This document shows, one piece after another, positions 12,401-25,689 of a stretch of DNA of 64,000 bases. Position 1 is the stretch's first letter; every line of letters begins with the position of its first letter. The notes under the pieces were generated by a model. It did not search any database and was not told where the DNA came from. It worked only from the letters and a program-made list of their open reading frames with translations. The translations under genes were made by a program, and so were the position numbers. The DNA is from Phoronis australis. Lineage: Eukaryota > Animalia > Phoronida. The DNA is taken from the NCBI GenBank assembly GCA_002633005.1, contig NMRA01000267.1, positions 62,001 to 126,000 on the forward strand. The letters run 5' to 3'.

Positions 12401-15400
12401 AATTCTGGTACGCACATGTCACAAGTGTTATTTTCCATCATACTTGTCACCAAGTGATGCCAGCATGTATTTACGAGCCGACAGTCACCCCACAATGCAT
12501 TTGAAAAGCGACATCAGCGTCGTAGGCGAAATTTCCTGAATTGTCTCTTGTCACGTTGTGCTCAGTCATCACCTGAGTGTGTGATAATGAGTAATGAGTG
12601 TATATTTGAGGAGCATGAAAAGGGCATTGGTGCAACACTGTAGAGATTGTCCTTGTTAATGTTATTGATAATGAGTGAGCAAGCATTATGTGCTATGGTG
12701 TCTTTACAGCGGATTCGTTGCACAGTGGATGAGAATGACCAGAAGCAGCTACTAATGGACTTGAAAGTGGTCATGAGTAGCAATGAGTGTGAATACATAG
12801 TCAAGTTTTACGGTGCTCTCTTTAAAGAGGTTAGTTCATGCTATGTACCTATAGTGGAATAACTGGCCAGAAATTCTGAAGTTTCATACACAACGGTGAA
12901 TAACATGAAGTCAAGTTCATAAAATAAAATGTGATTTTTCTATTCACATGAAAACTTCAGGTGAACAGTTACTCTGTAAAAAAACTATGAAACCGTAGTG
13001 AAAATGCTTAGAGCAGTTTTCGCATATTTACTAATGCATTTGAATTGCCTTATACTTACAAATGGCCCTGTCTTTTGGTGTTTTTAGCTCAGCACACTTG
13101 GCAGTGTAAATGGGGATGAGAAATCCTTGCCTGCAAGTTTGTTTCATTTGCTACGTGCGTAGTGGTGACATCACATGTGATGTTTGTGTGGTTATCACAT
13201 GTTCATAATTCTGTGACATAGTGTTCACATGCTAGCCACCCTGTATCTTGTGCTATAATGTACTTATTCATCCAGTAAATGTCCCAGAACCTCCTTTGTT
13301 GATGCCTTCAAATTTACAGGGGTAAGCAGTTAATTATGTGCACAGTCAGGTCTTAGAAATGCAGTAAAGTAAAATTAATCTTTTACAAGCCAGTCGCTAA
13401 CCCATTTTTCTGTATGAGTGGATGACAGTCACTCAACATCTCCTTTTGACATTTGGTAAATATAATTTTCTGGAATAGATTTAAGGGGAAAATATCGCTT
13501 AAATGCTTTTTGTATCTTTAATAGTAGTCTCCTAAAATTTTAGTTGAGACATCAGGACCATTCATGTAGACATATTGATAATTTATTTGGCGCTTGTTTT
13601 TTTTTTCAGGGTGACTGTTGGATATGCATGGAATTAATGGACTGTTCCTGTGATAATTTTTACAAATATTTAAATAAAATAAATAAAAGGATACCTGAGG
13701 ACATTATAGGAAAAATCACATTAGCGGTAAGTGGCTCATTTTTCACACTTAAACTTCAATGTGATTGTACTTTAGTGAAGGTATATTTGTCCAGCTTAAG
13801 TGTTTATTTCACTTGCACAAGTTATAAAATGCAGACTTTCGTGTTTCAATCAAGGCATACCTTGAATGGAGTTTAATCTAATTGTTCTGTGTGTTTTGTC
13901 GAGTCTTACTTTCTTCATGGTGTGTTTGAAGATGGTTGTCTTTTCTTTCACAGGACTTGCTTTAAAGTGAGACTGTGAGGAGGAATAAAAATTAAAAACT
14001 AAAAATTTTAACATGTCCTAGTTCTGGTATCTGTTTCGTGAAAAATGACTTAAAAGACTTAGTCTGAGATTTGTTTTTACACTCCACACTTCTAGTCCTG
14101 AAAAGCAATTAAATCTCATGTTAATAAAGTACAAAGTCTCTGAGAATATATCCATTCCTGCTAACTACTTAAGTAATTCATATAAATCATTTCTAGTCTC
14201 TGATATGCTAATCATAATTACATGTATAAACTTTTATTCAGTAATTGTGAAATGGGAGGGAAAGACCAAATTTTTTTACTCGAGTCTTAAGTCACTTTTC
14301 TTGAAACAGACTCCAGTTCTTAAATTATTACTTCTCTCTGGGAAATTTGAAATAAAACTCCACTACTTGTCATTAAAATACATACTTTGTTCTTACAGAC
14401 TGTGAAAGCCTTAAATTATTTAAAAGAAGAGCTCCAGATAATTCACAGAGGTGAGTCCAGCTGTTGTATGTTTATTTTTAAAGTCCAGTTCTAAAGTATT
14501 CAGATGAAATACCATTTCCCATTCTGTCAGGATGCATCATTTCAGTTGCTCTGATGGTGTATTACGGTTGCGCTCATCGGCCATGACGGAGCTTGAGCTC
14601 AACTGTTGTGATGGGGAAATTTTTGGTTATTTTGTCTGGTTATTTTTGACATGTACGGGCGCACATTTATGACGAGAGTCAAACCGGCAAAGAACCATGC
14701 ATTGGAGACCTACAGAAAAATGCTCCGGTCTTCAAACGTCACGACTTGCTGTTCTACGTCCGTCAAAAATCACTAGTGTTACAGTGTCCATTTTTTATTG
14801 ATCTTAATAAAAAGTACAGTTGAATCGTGTACAAAAAACCTTCGTTCGTTGTGAGCAAAGGAACTTGTCTACAAGACCGTTGCTTTCGTACTTGTGGAAA
14901 TTTGCATTTAGCTAGCATTTTAAACCAATCCCACTTATGACGACAGTCAAACCGGCAAAGAACGATGCATTGGAGACCAACAGAAAATTGCTGTGGTCTT
15001 CAAACTTTGGTGTTAATGTCACGACTTGCTGTTCTACGTTAAAAATCACTAGTGTTACAATAACCATTTTTATTGATCTTGATAAAAAATATAGTTGAAT
15101 CATGTACAGAAAACCTTGGGGCATTTTTCGTTCAATGTTTGCTGTGAGCAAAGGAATTTGTCTACAAGACCATTGCTTTCGTACTTGTGGAAATTAACAT
15201 TATAAGCTAGCATTTTAAACAAAACCCATTATAAATGCATTTTCATTGTGAACAATAGTGGGATGAGTGCCTGGCTGATGAACATCAGATTGTCGTAATG
15301 GTAATTCAGGACAACACTGTTCACTGAATGGTAAGTTTATTGTAGCAGCCAGTTCCAAAATATGCTGCATGTACCAAGCTAGTTTCTGTCATTGTGCACA

Positions 15401-18400
15401 TGTTTCCACCTTTGAACTTTTGTGTCTTTGAATATGCTACCTTAGAGAATTTCATCATTTATTTGAGTTTGGCATATGGGCCTTTGGGTGACCATACTGA
15501 TGATAAGGTGCAGGAAATTGTTGTGATGTCAATTTATGTACTTAACCTTTTTTAGATGTGAAACCATCCAATATTTTACTGGACAGGCAAGGTAACATCA
15601 AGTTGTGTGATTTTGGCATTAGTGGTCAGCTCGTTGACAGCATTGCAAAGACGAGAGATGCCGGTTGCAAGCCTTACATGGCAGTAAGTCAAGACATTTA
15701 AAAACACTCTAGGTTGCTTAGTGAAAGAATCGTGCTGGTTCTCGTGACTGTAGTTTCGATTCAGCTGTACACCCATTATATAAAGTGAATAACTTGAAGA
15801 AAGGGTGTTGGCATTAAGTCAAAAGCTGTCTTTGTTCCATCTGTATCCTGTGTTACATCAAGGTCATGGGTCATTATACTGCAACTAATGAACTCCATTC
15901 TGTCCATAGTGTGATCACGTGTAATTAAAGTTTGTTAAAGAACCAAAAAAGTTCCATGAACCAAAACAATAATTTTCAAAGGTGGCACGAATTGTGGTTT
16001 TAAATCGAGTGCTGGTAGTGCCTAGGATGCCATTCAAACTACCTAGATTCTTTAATTCTCTATGCTTTGTTGGCCACTGATGGAACTAAAATTCCAAATG
16101 GATTCATTGTATTGTGTCACCAATTTCGGACAAAAATACCATAATTTTGCTTTTTTCATTTTTCAATGTCTTCTAGCTTGGTTGCGAATGCTCACAATTT
16201 CTCATAACATTGCGTGATAATAGCAAAATTTCGCTTGTCTGCCACGTTGTGTCTTGAGGTTTTAATGTAGCTCAAGGGCCCCATACATGGCCTTGATTTT
16301 TCAGATTTTTTAATTCTCACAAGTTGTGACCAATTTGATCATCATGTTGCATATTAACTGGAATAATAAATATTTAGGTAAATTAAAATCTCTAATGGAC
16401 TGGTTTCCATTCATTTTTTGCAGCCAGAAAGGATAGATCCGACACACACTACTCGAGGTTATGATGTTAGGTCTGATGTCTGGAGTTTAGGCATTACTCT
16501 GGTGAGTTTGCTTGTATGAGTATTTGATGTTGAAGGCACCTGCACTGGAAGTTTACCAGGCATGACTCACATTAGTGTTCTCTTCAGGAAGCTAATCATA
16601 TTTGCCTGGCAAGTGTTGGTGCAAATTAACCAGCACCATTTTAGTTTTTGGCCATAGCATTCTAGTCGTAAATTAAATGTCTCCATTTGACACATAAGTC
16701 TGACATTTTGTCAATATTCAGTTCATCATCATCACGTGTTACTTCATAGATCAACCTTAAGGTAGATGCGTGTAAAACGTGCTACTTGAAGTATCAACTT
16801 TTTAGAGAGCCTTCGGTAGATTCTCCCAATTCATGTCTGTGATTTCTTTATTATGGCTTTTCTTCTCTGCAACATTATGGAGTGTTACTTTATTTCAGTA
16901 CGAGTTAGCCACAGGAAAATTCCCTTACCCGAAGTGGAGCTGTGTGTTTGAACAGTTGCAGCACGTAGTGAATGGGCCTGCCCCAGAACTGAGCATGTAT
17001 GACTCACAGTTCTCTCCAGACTTTGTGAAGTTTGTAAACACCTGGTAAGTTGAAGTGATGTTTTGAATGAACTCATATTTTGTTTCTGTGTCTATGGGAC
17101 TTATTGCATTGCTATTGCCATCGAGTTTTAAGAAATAAAAGTATTTGATAGACATCTGAGTCATGCACATTTAGAGTATGCATTTCATTGTCTGGTCAGT
17201 TTGTCATATTTCGTGTGTTGGAGTGTGCAGTAAATGAGGGCTATTAACAACTGAATACGGGTTGAAAATCATCCCAATCCGAAAGCAAATTTTACGCTGT
17301 TAGAAGTTGTCTTTGGGTTTATCTTAAAGGTATGCTTTGTGATTGTGCATGGATGGAGAGAGATTGATTAAATCCAGTAGTTAATTTATTATTTAGTAAC
17401 CGCTAATTAATGCAAGTGAAACCTGTTATTAATTAAATACACTAACAATGAAGAAAAGTAACTATGCTAATGCCCTCTGTGGGGATAACTTCAATCAGTT
17501 AACCACCAAACAATCAATTAACCACCAAACAATCAAACGTCTTATCTGCTATCCAAGCTGTAGGACAGGACACTCGTTGGATGACAGTTCTGCTGGTTGA
17601 TCCTGGAACTAACACACACAGTACTGCGACAATGTGTTTGCTGCTCACAGTCTTTCGTGATGCAATGACACGTGTAGGCAGTATCTGACTACCCTTAATT
17701 TTTCTTGCTGGTCACACTTCGTTGTGACTCAACACTTGTTGACAATATCTTACTACCCACAATGCAAGTGGCAAGCTCTTAGTTAACTTCCTGTTCACTA
17801 ACTTTTGCCATTGCCAAGATCCTCTTTAGAATCTTCCACAAGATGGCTCTGTTGTACTATTTCTTCAGTACACTGAAGCAAGGCTTATAGATTCAACTAC
17901 TAAATTCCATTTGACTGTCTCCCAATCTTCTGCCCAAATTGTGATAATACACATAGTTAACGATTGGCCAATAAAAACCACATGATCTTATCTAATCATA
18001 TCATTTGGTGTTACAATCCAATCTCAGAAATTTCCAGAATCCCTTACAGTACATTGACCCCAAAACAAAAGAGGTAAACATCATCAAAAAGTACAATCAT
18101 GTAAACATCAAAAGTACACGTAAGCAGGTTTGACCCATGGTTTTAAAAGTACATATGCACAAATTTTGGGCAACTCTAATGGAACTAACTCTACTAATTA
18201 CGCAATCAATAGTTATTCTAACATGCCTATAAATTTCTTTAACCAAGAACAAGTGGCCTAAAATGTCATGTACCCACCATAGTCCATGGCATGGAGTTTT
18301 TGTAATGAATGTGTATTTTTTATTGTTGTTGAAACTTTGGGAAAGGTTTCTGTTGTCACTGTTGAATTTTCTTTTGACATCCATACATTGCTTTTACTTG

Positions 18401-18884
18401 TGTTTCAGCTTATCTAAAGATGTTCAGCTGAGGCCCAAGTATAAACAACTACTAGTAAGTGTATTAAGTTGACATACTTTCAATTATGTTATTCATTGCT
18501 TGCTATATTTAGTGTGAAGCTGATTTTCAATTAATGTTAGCATTTGAAATTTTGATATATAAAACTGAAGATTTCGAGTCATCAGTCATGTTCAAAATGT
18601 AAATTGTGTCTTCTCAAATAGCATTTTTTACTATTTGAAACCGTACAATTTGTTCATTCATTAAGAATATGAATAACTATAAAGTTTTTGTCTTGATTGT
18701 GTAAATAATCTTATTTAATTAAATGCCTTGTATGTTTATGCTGTTCGTATCAAATCATGAAACATTATATTTTTAGGAGTTCAGTTTCATAAAGAAGTAC
18801 ACACATGCAAATATAGATGTCGCCGGCTATGTTTGCAACATTATTGATGTCATGCCACCGATGACGGACAGCGATTCCCTATAG
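6418..18884 (+). CDS. MAP2K4: Dual-specificity MAP kinase kinase 4 (MKK4/SEK1), complete, 12 exons, 377 aa
   Basis: join(6418-6448,8456-8588,10158-10218,10862-10975,12710-12829,13610-13726,14399-14450,15556-15683,16424-16501,16899-17044,18409-18454,18777-18884) = 1134 nt, all GT-AG, phases consistent; D-domain [33 protein letters not shown] and the MKK4-type activation loop SIAKT. Confidence 0.97.
7005..7214 (-). mobile_element. tRNA-derived SINE remnant
   Basis: Minus strand reads GAGACAGTGTAGCTCAGTGG (A box) ... GGTTCTAATCT (degenerate B box); no intact cloverleaf; body end approximate. Confidence 0.5.
8456..8588 (+). CDS. MAP2K4: MAP2K4 exon 2 (MAPK docking D-domain)
   Basis: tttcag acceptor, GG|GTAAGT donor; [13 protein letters not shown] (cf. 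human KRKALKLNF). Confidence 0.9.
10158..10218 (+). CDS. MAP2K4: MAP2K4 exon 3
   Basis: [20 protein letters not shown] (cf. human ERLRTHSIESSGKLKISPEQ); GT-AG. Confidence 0.95.
10862..10975 (+). CDS. MAP2K4: MAP2K4 exon 4
   Basis: [38 protein letters not shown]; GT-AG. Confidence 0.97.
11187..12303. repeat. Allelic duplication (11187-~11530 vs 11943-~12303) around a single N
   Basis: Near-identical copies with a 23-bp indel; N at 11942. Confidence 0.85.
11549..11941. mobile_element. End of a CpG-rich DNA transposon (hAT-like CAGGG terminus), present in only one allelic copy and cut by the N
   Basis: Abrupt switch to CAGGGCTTGGAATTTTCCGCGGAAACGCGG with repeated TTCCGCG subterminal motifs; absent from the second copy. 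Confidence 0.55.
12710..12829 (+). CDS. MAP2K4: MAP2K4 exon 5
   Basis: [40 protein letters not shown]; GT-AG. Confidence 0.97.
13610..13726 (+). CDS. MAP2K4: MAP2K4 exon 6
   Basis: [39 protein letters not shown]; GT-AG. Confidence 0.97.
14399..14450 (+). CDS. MAP2K4: MAP2K4 exon 7
   Basis: [17 protein letters not shown]; GT-AG. Confidence 0.96.
14667..15220. repeat. Diverged ~270-bp tandem duplication in MAP2K4 intron 7
   Basis: ttatgacga-agtcaaaccggcaaagaac...gctagcattttaaac occurs at ~14667-14925 and ~14934-15220 with no N between. Confidence 0.8.
15556..15683 (+). CDS. MAP2K4: MAP2K4 exon 8
   Basis: [43 protein letters not shown]; GT-AG. Confidence 0.97.
16424..16501 (+). CDS. MAP2K4: MAP2K4 exon 9
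   Basis: [26 protein letters not shown]; GT-AG. Confidence 0.97.
16899..17044 (+). CDS. MAP2K4: MAP2K4 exon 10
   Basis: [48 protein letters not shown]; GT-AG. Confidence 0.97.
18409..18454 (+). CDS. MAP2K4: MAP2K4 exon 11
   Basis: (C)[15 protein letters not shown]; GT-AG. Confidence 0.95.
18777..18884 (+). CDS. MAP2K4: MAP2K4 exon 12 (terminal)
   Basis: [35 protein letters not shown]; DVD-like C-terminus; TAG at 18882-18884. Confidence 0.95.
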   Translation, partial: EFSFIKKYTHANIDVAGYVCNIIDVMPPMTDSDSL

Positions 18885-20459
18885 TCAGCTCAGAGCGGTA
18901 TGTGTAGCAACTAGCGGCTACCTTCCAGTTGGAATGTGTGGTTTAGTTGAACCTCCAATACAGCTTACTGCCTGACAAGGGGCATCAGTAGTGCATGTAA
19001 TGCAAATGTCGTCACAGGCATCAACCTTCAAGGCCCGCTCCACAACCGTTGCTTCGTCAGGTGACTAATATTTGTCACCTCACTTTGTGCTATTAACCAA
19101 CCGACTTCATGGTTTTACTTCATTTGGACATTTTGGAATTGATTAATGCTGCTGTAAAGTTGACTTCTTGGGAAAAAATTATTTAGACCAATTAGCCATT
19201 GAACATTGATCTCACGTTGTTCCTTACAAAGCGTAGATGTGATTGATGTTAAGAACTGGCGGCGGGTTAATCTCTCAAGACCAGATTCATTAACTTGGCT
19301 TGGCCTAACGGGTTACTTATGCGTGGAGCATGGACTCAAACAATTACAAATTGTCGGTTCTTTCAAAAATTGCTTCTAATCTGAGTGGTGGAAAAGCCGA
19401 GACCAGTTTTGCCACTGTATGTGGTCAAAATCAAGTCTTCGGCAGAAGTCTCATTCATAGTTAGCTGTAACANCCTTTAATAACCACTAATTAATGCAAG
19501 TGAAACCTGTTATTAATTAAATACACTAACAATGAAGAAGAGTAACTAGGCTAACGCTCTCTGTGGGGATAATCAATTAACCACCAAACAATCAAAGGTC
19601 TTATATGCTATCCAAGCTGTAGGACAGGACACTCGTTGGATGACAGTTCTGCTGGTTGATCCTGGAACTAACACACACTGTACTGCGACAATGTGTTTGC
19701 TGCTCACAGTCTTTCGTGATGCAATGACACGTGTAGGCAGTATCTGACTACCCTTAATTTTTCTTGCTGGTCACACTTCGTTGTGATGCAACACTTGTTG
19801 ACAATATCTTACTACCCACAATGCAAGTGGCAAGCTCTTAGTTAACTTCCTGTTCACTAACTTTTGCCATTGCCAAGATCCTCTTTAGAATCTTCCATAA
19901 GATGGCTCTGTTGTACTATTTCTTCAGTACACTGAAGCAAGTCTTATAGCTTCAACTACTAAATTCCATCTGACTGTCTCCCAATCTTCTGCCCAAATTG
20001 TGATAATACACGTAGTTAACGATTGGCCAATAAAAACCACATGATCTTATCTAATCATATCATTGGGTGTTACAATCCAATCTCAGAAATTTCCAGAATC
20101 CCTTACAGTACATTGACCCCAAAACAAAAGAGGTAAACATCATCAAAAAGTACAATCATGTAAACATCAAAAGTACACGTAAGTAGGTTTGACCCATGGT
20201 TTTAAAAGTAGATGTGCACAAATTTTGGGCAACTCTAATGGAACTAACTCTACTAATTACTAGATTTCTTTCTAACCAAGAACAAGTGGCCTAAAATGTC
20301 ACATACCCACCATAGTCCATGACATGGAGTTCTTGTAATGAATTTGTATTTTTTTATTGTTGTTGGACTCTGATGATTGTTGAAACTTTGGGAAAGGTTT
20401 CTGTTGTCACTGTTGAATTTTCTTTTGACATCCATACATTGTTTTTACTTGTGTTTCAG

Positions 20460-20932
20460 CTTATCTAAAGATGTTCAGCTGAGGCCCAAGTATAAACAAC
20501 TACTAGTAAGTGTATTAAGTTGACATACTTTCAATTATGTTATTCATTGCTTGCTATATTTGGTGTGAAGCTGATTTTCAATTAATGTTAGCATTTGACA
20601 TTTTGATATATAAAACTGAAGATTTCGAGTCATCAGTCATGTTCAAAATGTAAATTGTGTCTTCTCAAATAGCATTTTTTACTATTTGAAACCGTACAAT
20701 TTGTTCATTCATTAAGAATATGAATAACTAAGTTTTTGTCTTGATTGTGTAAATAATCTTATTTAATTAAATGCCTTGTATGTTTATGCTGTTCGTATCA
20801 AATCATGAAACATTATATTTTTAGGAGTTCAGTTTCATAAAGAAGTACACACATGCAAATATAGATGTCGCCGGCTATGTTTGCAACATTATTGATGTCA
20901 TGCCACCGATGACGGACAGCGATTCGCTATAG
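20460..20932 (+). other. MAP2K4: Second copy of MAP2K4 exons 11 (20460-20505) and 12 (20825-20932), probably the other allele
   Basis: Identical protein, one synonymous TCC/TCG difference; lies in a ~2 kb duplicate starting right after the single N at 19473. Confidence 0.85.
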
Positions 20933-23833
20933 TCAACTCAGAGCGGTATGTGTAGCAACTAGCGGCTACCTTCCAGTTGGAATGTGTGGTTTAGTTGAAC
21001 CTCCAATACAGCTTACTGTGTGACAAGGGGCATCAGTAGTGCATGTAATGCAAATGTCGTCACAGGCATCAACCTTCAAGGCCCGCTCCACAACCGTTGC
21101 TTCGTCAGGTGACTAATATTTGTCACCTCACTTTGTGCTATTAACCAACCGACTTCATGGTTTTACTTCATTTGGACATTTTGGAATTGATTAATGCTGC
21201 TGTAAAGTTGACTTCTTGGGAAAAAATTATTTAGACCAATTAGCCATTGAACATTGATCTCACGTTGTTCCTTACAAAGCGTAGATGTGATTGATGTTAA
21301 GAACTGGCGGCGGGTTAATCTCTCAAGACCAGATTCATTAACTTGGCTTGGCCTAACGGGTTACTTATGCGTGGAGCATGGACTCAAACAATTACAAATT
21401 GTCGGTTCTTTCAAAAATTGCTTCTAATCTGAGTGGTGGAAAAGCCAAGACCAGTTTTGCCACTGTATGTGGTCAAAATCAAGTCTTCGGCAGAAGTCTC
21501 ATTCATAGTTAGCTGTAACATGAAGCGAGGCTACAGGCCAAGCTATTATTGAATAAGGACAATGGCTAAATCTTTATGATGGTAATATTCTCTGTGTGTT
21601 TATGCCATGACATTAAGAGCATAGATGGAGTTGATCGTGTGATAGCCATGTTACTCTCAATATTTAGTGTTTAGCATCACGAAGCGTTCTAAGGATTACT
21701 ACTTACTGGTTCGGCATGTTTGGATTAAATGCATTCAAAATTTAGAACTGCCACCTCGTTTCGCAATGGAGAGTAGTTGGTAATTTTGATGGAGTCTTCC
21801 AGTTGGATTTTGTGTGTGTAAGAGGTATGTAAATACTATTTTCTATTTATGACTAAAGTGCTGAATACAAGCTGTACTGAATGTAAAAATCCTGAATTAT
21901 AAGATGGCTTGTTTTAACTGGGATCTTGATGTGTAACCGGTGATGCCTTGTGGCCGACATGAAAGTGCAGGTGTATGTTTCCGTTATACACTTAAGACTT
22001 GTAATTGGATGACCAACTCGAATTTGCTTCATCTGGTTTTATGAGCATATTTGCATCGCATTTGCTTTCATGAAGTGCTTTCTGGTGTGAGAATTTGACA
22101 AACCAATAGTCTTTTTTACCCTCTAGATAATTAATAAGAGGACTTTTGCTTATATTTGCAATATTCATAACATATGCCCCATCAGAACATTGACAGTTCT
22201 TTTCATAAGTCAAAAGCAGTTAGCATTCATCTTTGCTGCTCTGTGCACAGGAGAGGTATTTCCTTGTGCCACTAGTTGGCAACGTAGTCTCTGGTACCCT
22301 GCAATCATTCACCATTGCATTGCTTTATGAAAGTCTCCAATTTCTTTTGTGACCGACATGTTGTAAATTGCACCACATTTAATAAGAGCGGTGCTTTTAG
22401 GTCGTTGCAGAGTTTTACGTGAATGACTTCACAGACCATTGTTGATTTTCCACATTTCATCGTGAATTGTGATTGAGTCATAATAGACGAATTTGTGATT
22501 GTTCATGCAAGCAGCTATATCAATTATCATGGTAAGGCGTCACCAGTTTTTATTACAAATAATGGCCAATTTAGACGGTTTCAGTTTTGATTGGGTTCTA
22601 AGATTGTTGTCAGTGCCCAAAATGTTGTAGCTGACACAGAATTGAAAATTGTAATGCATTAATTTGGTACTACTGATGATAAAATGAAGTATCACTTGTC
22701 TGCATCCTAAGTTAGTGAGACTATACTGTCTGAAAAACAGGCTTACCGCTTCATGCAGGAGTCGTTAAAATAAAACGTTGTGTATCACCATACTTTTAAG
22801 GAATTGTTACCTGGTCATGTAGTGCACAAAAGCGTATTTTATTGGACTTTTTATGTCATTATGTGTTTCAACACAATTTAGCTGTCACAGCTTTGTCGCC
22901 TGTTGAGTGGCGGGTAATGTCATCTTGTTGCAACTGGGTCTGTCAGTACACACCATGGGACTATGTGTTCTAGTCTTTGTTTGTTGTGGCACATTCCTGA
23001 AACATCTCTATGTAGAACAGTAAAGGGAATTAATGTTTCAAGAATTTTAGCTCTTGCTGGCAAATTAATTTTAATGATAAATGTAGCTGTCTTGGAACAT
23101 GTTTTTTTTTTGTAACGTAAGAACAGTTCTTGCAAGCAACTGGTTTCATTACAGATCATGTGGACTTTTTTAGGGTTAGTACAGATTCTTGAAATGTACT
23201 ACTCAATACTTATTGAACGCCACTCAGCTCTTATGTAGAATCTAGATCTCATTTCTAGACCAATTGTTTTTTGACTATTGAGCTAGTGAGATTTAAAGCC
23301 TCATTATACATGTACTATCTTTCTAAAAGTAGTTTTGATATAGGCCACTTGACATTATAAAACTGGTCTTATCGTGTTCCTTACATAGTTTAAAAGTGAT
23401 CTCTAGAGTCCAGGAGAGCTGACATTTCACTGCTTGCTCACACAAAGGTCTTAAAATTTCGGGTCACAGTGTGACCTTTATTTTTGTGAGCTGGATCTGA
23501 AGAAATAATGAATTTACCAGAACTGTGAAAGCCCTTAAGTCATCTCCAATTTGACTATGAAACAATTTGAGACAATTTTCATAACTGTAAATGATCAAAA
23601 TCATAACTTGTTCTTTGACAGAAAGAATGGGTTTTATCCCATTTTAAGGTATTTCATGATGCAGTTGAATGGATAAGATGTGTTGTCAGTATTCAGGTCA
23701 TAAACGCATTTGTGTTGCTTTTAAACGTACTGTAAGCCAATGCCTCCAGTGTATTTAATGAGTGGTTATGTTTTGAAATTCAAGTCATCTTGAAGTTTTT
23801 TTGTTTTGAAAGGGAAATGTGGTATTCAACTTA

Positions 23834-24129
23834 AGTGCCATTCACACACATACTTACCCAAGAACAAGTTACTCCTGGAACGAATTGTCGCTAGGTTTGG
23901 GGGCTGTCTGGACGCTACTTAAACTAGTGCAACTTGCTTCACCTTATCGAGGCAGGGTAACTTTTTTAGATTAATCTCTGCCACTTCTAATCGCTATGTG
24001 GTTGCAAACTTGGCATAAGGCGGAAGTAATTATCAGCTGCGCGCATGCACAGTAACATGTGCAGCTCAACACCCAAACTGCAGTCATTTTTGTAGTTGCT
24101 TTAGGATAAATCTGTGTGTGAACAGGACT
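23834..24129. mobile_element. PIF/Harbinger-type MITE
   Basis: Imperfect TIRs agtgccattcacacacatacttaccc / ggataaatctgtgtgtgaacaggact; TTA at 23831-23833 and TTA after the right TIR in the allelic copy (24469-24471). Confidence 0.6.
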
Positions 24130-24740
24130 TGTTACTCAATATTTATTGGAGACTATTTCAAGTAATGTCCAAGGTTCTTGTCTTTCAAAGTGTAATTGAA
24201 TAAGGTTTGAGAAGATTTAACTGGTGTCTCAGTTCAGAAAAACGTGATCTGGTTTAATAATTGAAAATATAAAGTCTCTGTGTTCGTTTAGTCGAGTTAT
24301 TTATACTGTATTGAACCTTCTATGAAATGTATGTCTGACTAGAATCATGTTAAATCAGTGCTGTAAAGACATAGTTATGAAAGTGTTACTGTATNGTGGG
24401 CGCATTTCAACGCTCTGCGTTGCTCTTGTTGTAGTTGCTTTAGGATAAATCTGTGTGTGAACAGGACTTTAGATTTGTTACTCAATATTTATTGGAGACT
24501 ATTTCAAGTAATGTCCAAGGTTCTTGTCTTTCAAAGTGTAATTGAATAAGGTTTGAGAAGATTTAACTGGTGTCTCAGTTCAGAAAAACGTGATCTGGTT
24601 TAATAATTGAAAATATAAAGTCTCTGTGTTCGTTTAGTCGAGTTATTTATACTGTATTGAACCTTCTATGAAATTTATGTCTGACTAGAATCATGTTAAA
24701 TCAGTGCTGTAAAGACATAGTTATGAAAGTGTTACTGTAT
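24091..24740. repeat. Allelic duplication (24091-24394 vs 24431-24740) around a single N
   Basis: Near-identical ~300 bp copies; N at 24395. Confidence 0.85.
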
Positions 24741-24784
24741 ATCTAATGACTATCTTGATTATGCACATGTTAACTATTGTTGAT

Positions 24785-24790
24785 AATAAA
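24785..24790 (+). terminator. Candidate distal poly(A) signal of MAP2K4
   Basis: AATAAA at the end of a long U/GU-rich 3' region, just before the convergent MRPL53 3' end; other AATAAA hexamers exist, so usage is unproven. Confidence 0.35.
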
Positions 24791-25509
24791 ATTATTAACC
24801 ATTAATTTCAAACGTTTAAGCAGTTATAATTTAAATTCAAAATCATCTACAGTTCAGCGTTATGGACAAGTCCATATATCTAGCCTAAATACCTACATAA
24901 CATATTTCTAGTCTCCTACATGTGAAGATTTCTCAAACAATACTAATTGCCAAAATTGCATTGTTACAAATGTTTGTGCATGTTGACAGTTGTACAACAT
25001 AGACTTCAACTAATGGAATGCTTTTCTTTCAGTTTATTTTTATGAGAATGTTACTATTAAAAATAAAATTCACTGTTGCACCACACTGAGTACTCCATTG
25101 AAGACAAAAATTACAATAACCTTAATCTGTCCTTCACTGACATTTTTAGTAGTCTCCAAAAATGCATGACAATGGCAAAAAAGAAACTGAAGGGGATGGT
25201 GGCAATCGAGCTCTTGAAATAACCAGTAGCTTCTTCCGTAAGTTACTTTTAAGGTTGGTTTTCTACCAAAAGTATTCCTCTAAATATGAACAACAAGATG
25301 AAGATTGCTATGCAAGTATGTATACTAAGCAATATACAAGAAAAATTGCCTAAAACCCCTCAGTTACACAATGTACACAGTTGCCCTTATACGCAAGTAA
25401 GCATTGGTAAAGTTGCAACTATTTGATATGGGCCAAATCTGAAACTGTTGGCTAATGGAAGGATGACATCACTGGTAACTTGGAGGCACTTTGCAGTGAA
25501 CATCAGGGC

Positions 25510-25689
25510 TGTTGACTATATAATCTACCTAGCAGGCACCATATGTTAGTAATCATGTAGAACTTATGTAAATCTTTATTGCGCATGCTCACTGTAGCCA
25601 CAAGTATTATAACCACGTGTTTTAGTCCGTCGAATATAGTTAGTGATTCTGTACACTTATTTTTTTATTCCACGATGTTCCTCGCAACA
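25510..25689 (+). repeat. Copia 5' LTR (180 bp)
   Basis: TGTTGA...GCAACA; differs from the 3' LTR by 4 substitutions and one small indel. Confidence 0.95.

Larger units (their letters stand above)
17395..21520. repeat. Allelic duplication (~17395-19472 vs 19474-21520) around a single N
   Basis: Near-identical ~2 kb copies with SNPs and indels; N at 19473. Confidence 0.88.

Noticed and set aside
25579-25674. 5' extension of the gag ORF from TTG 25579
   Set aside because: Non-ATG start inside the LTR; the gag-like sequence begins at ATG 25675.
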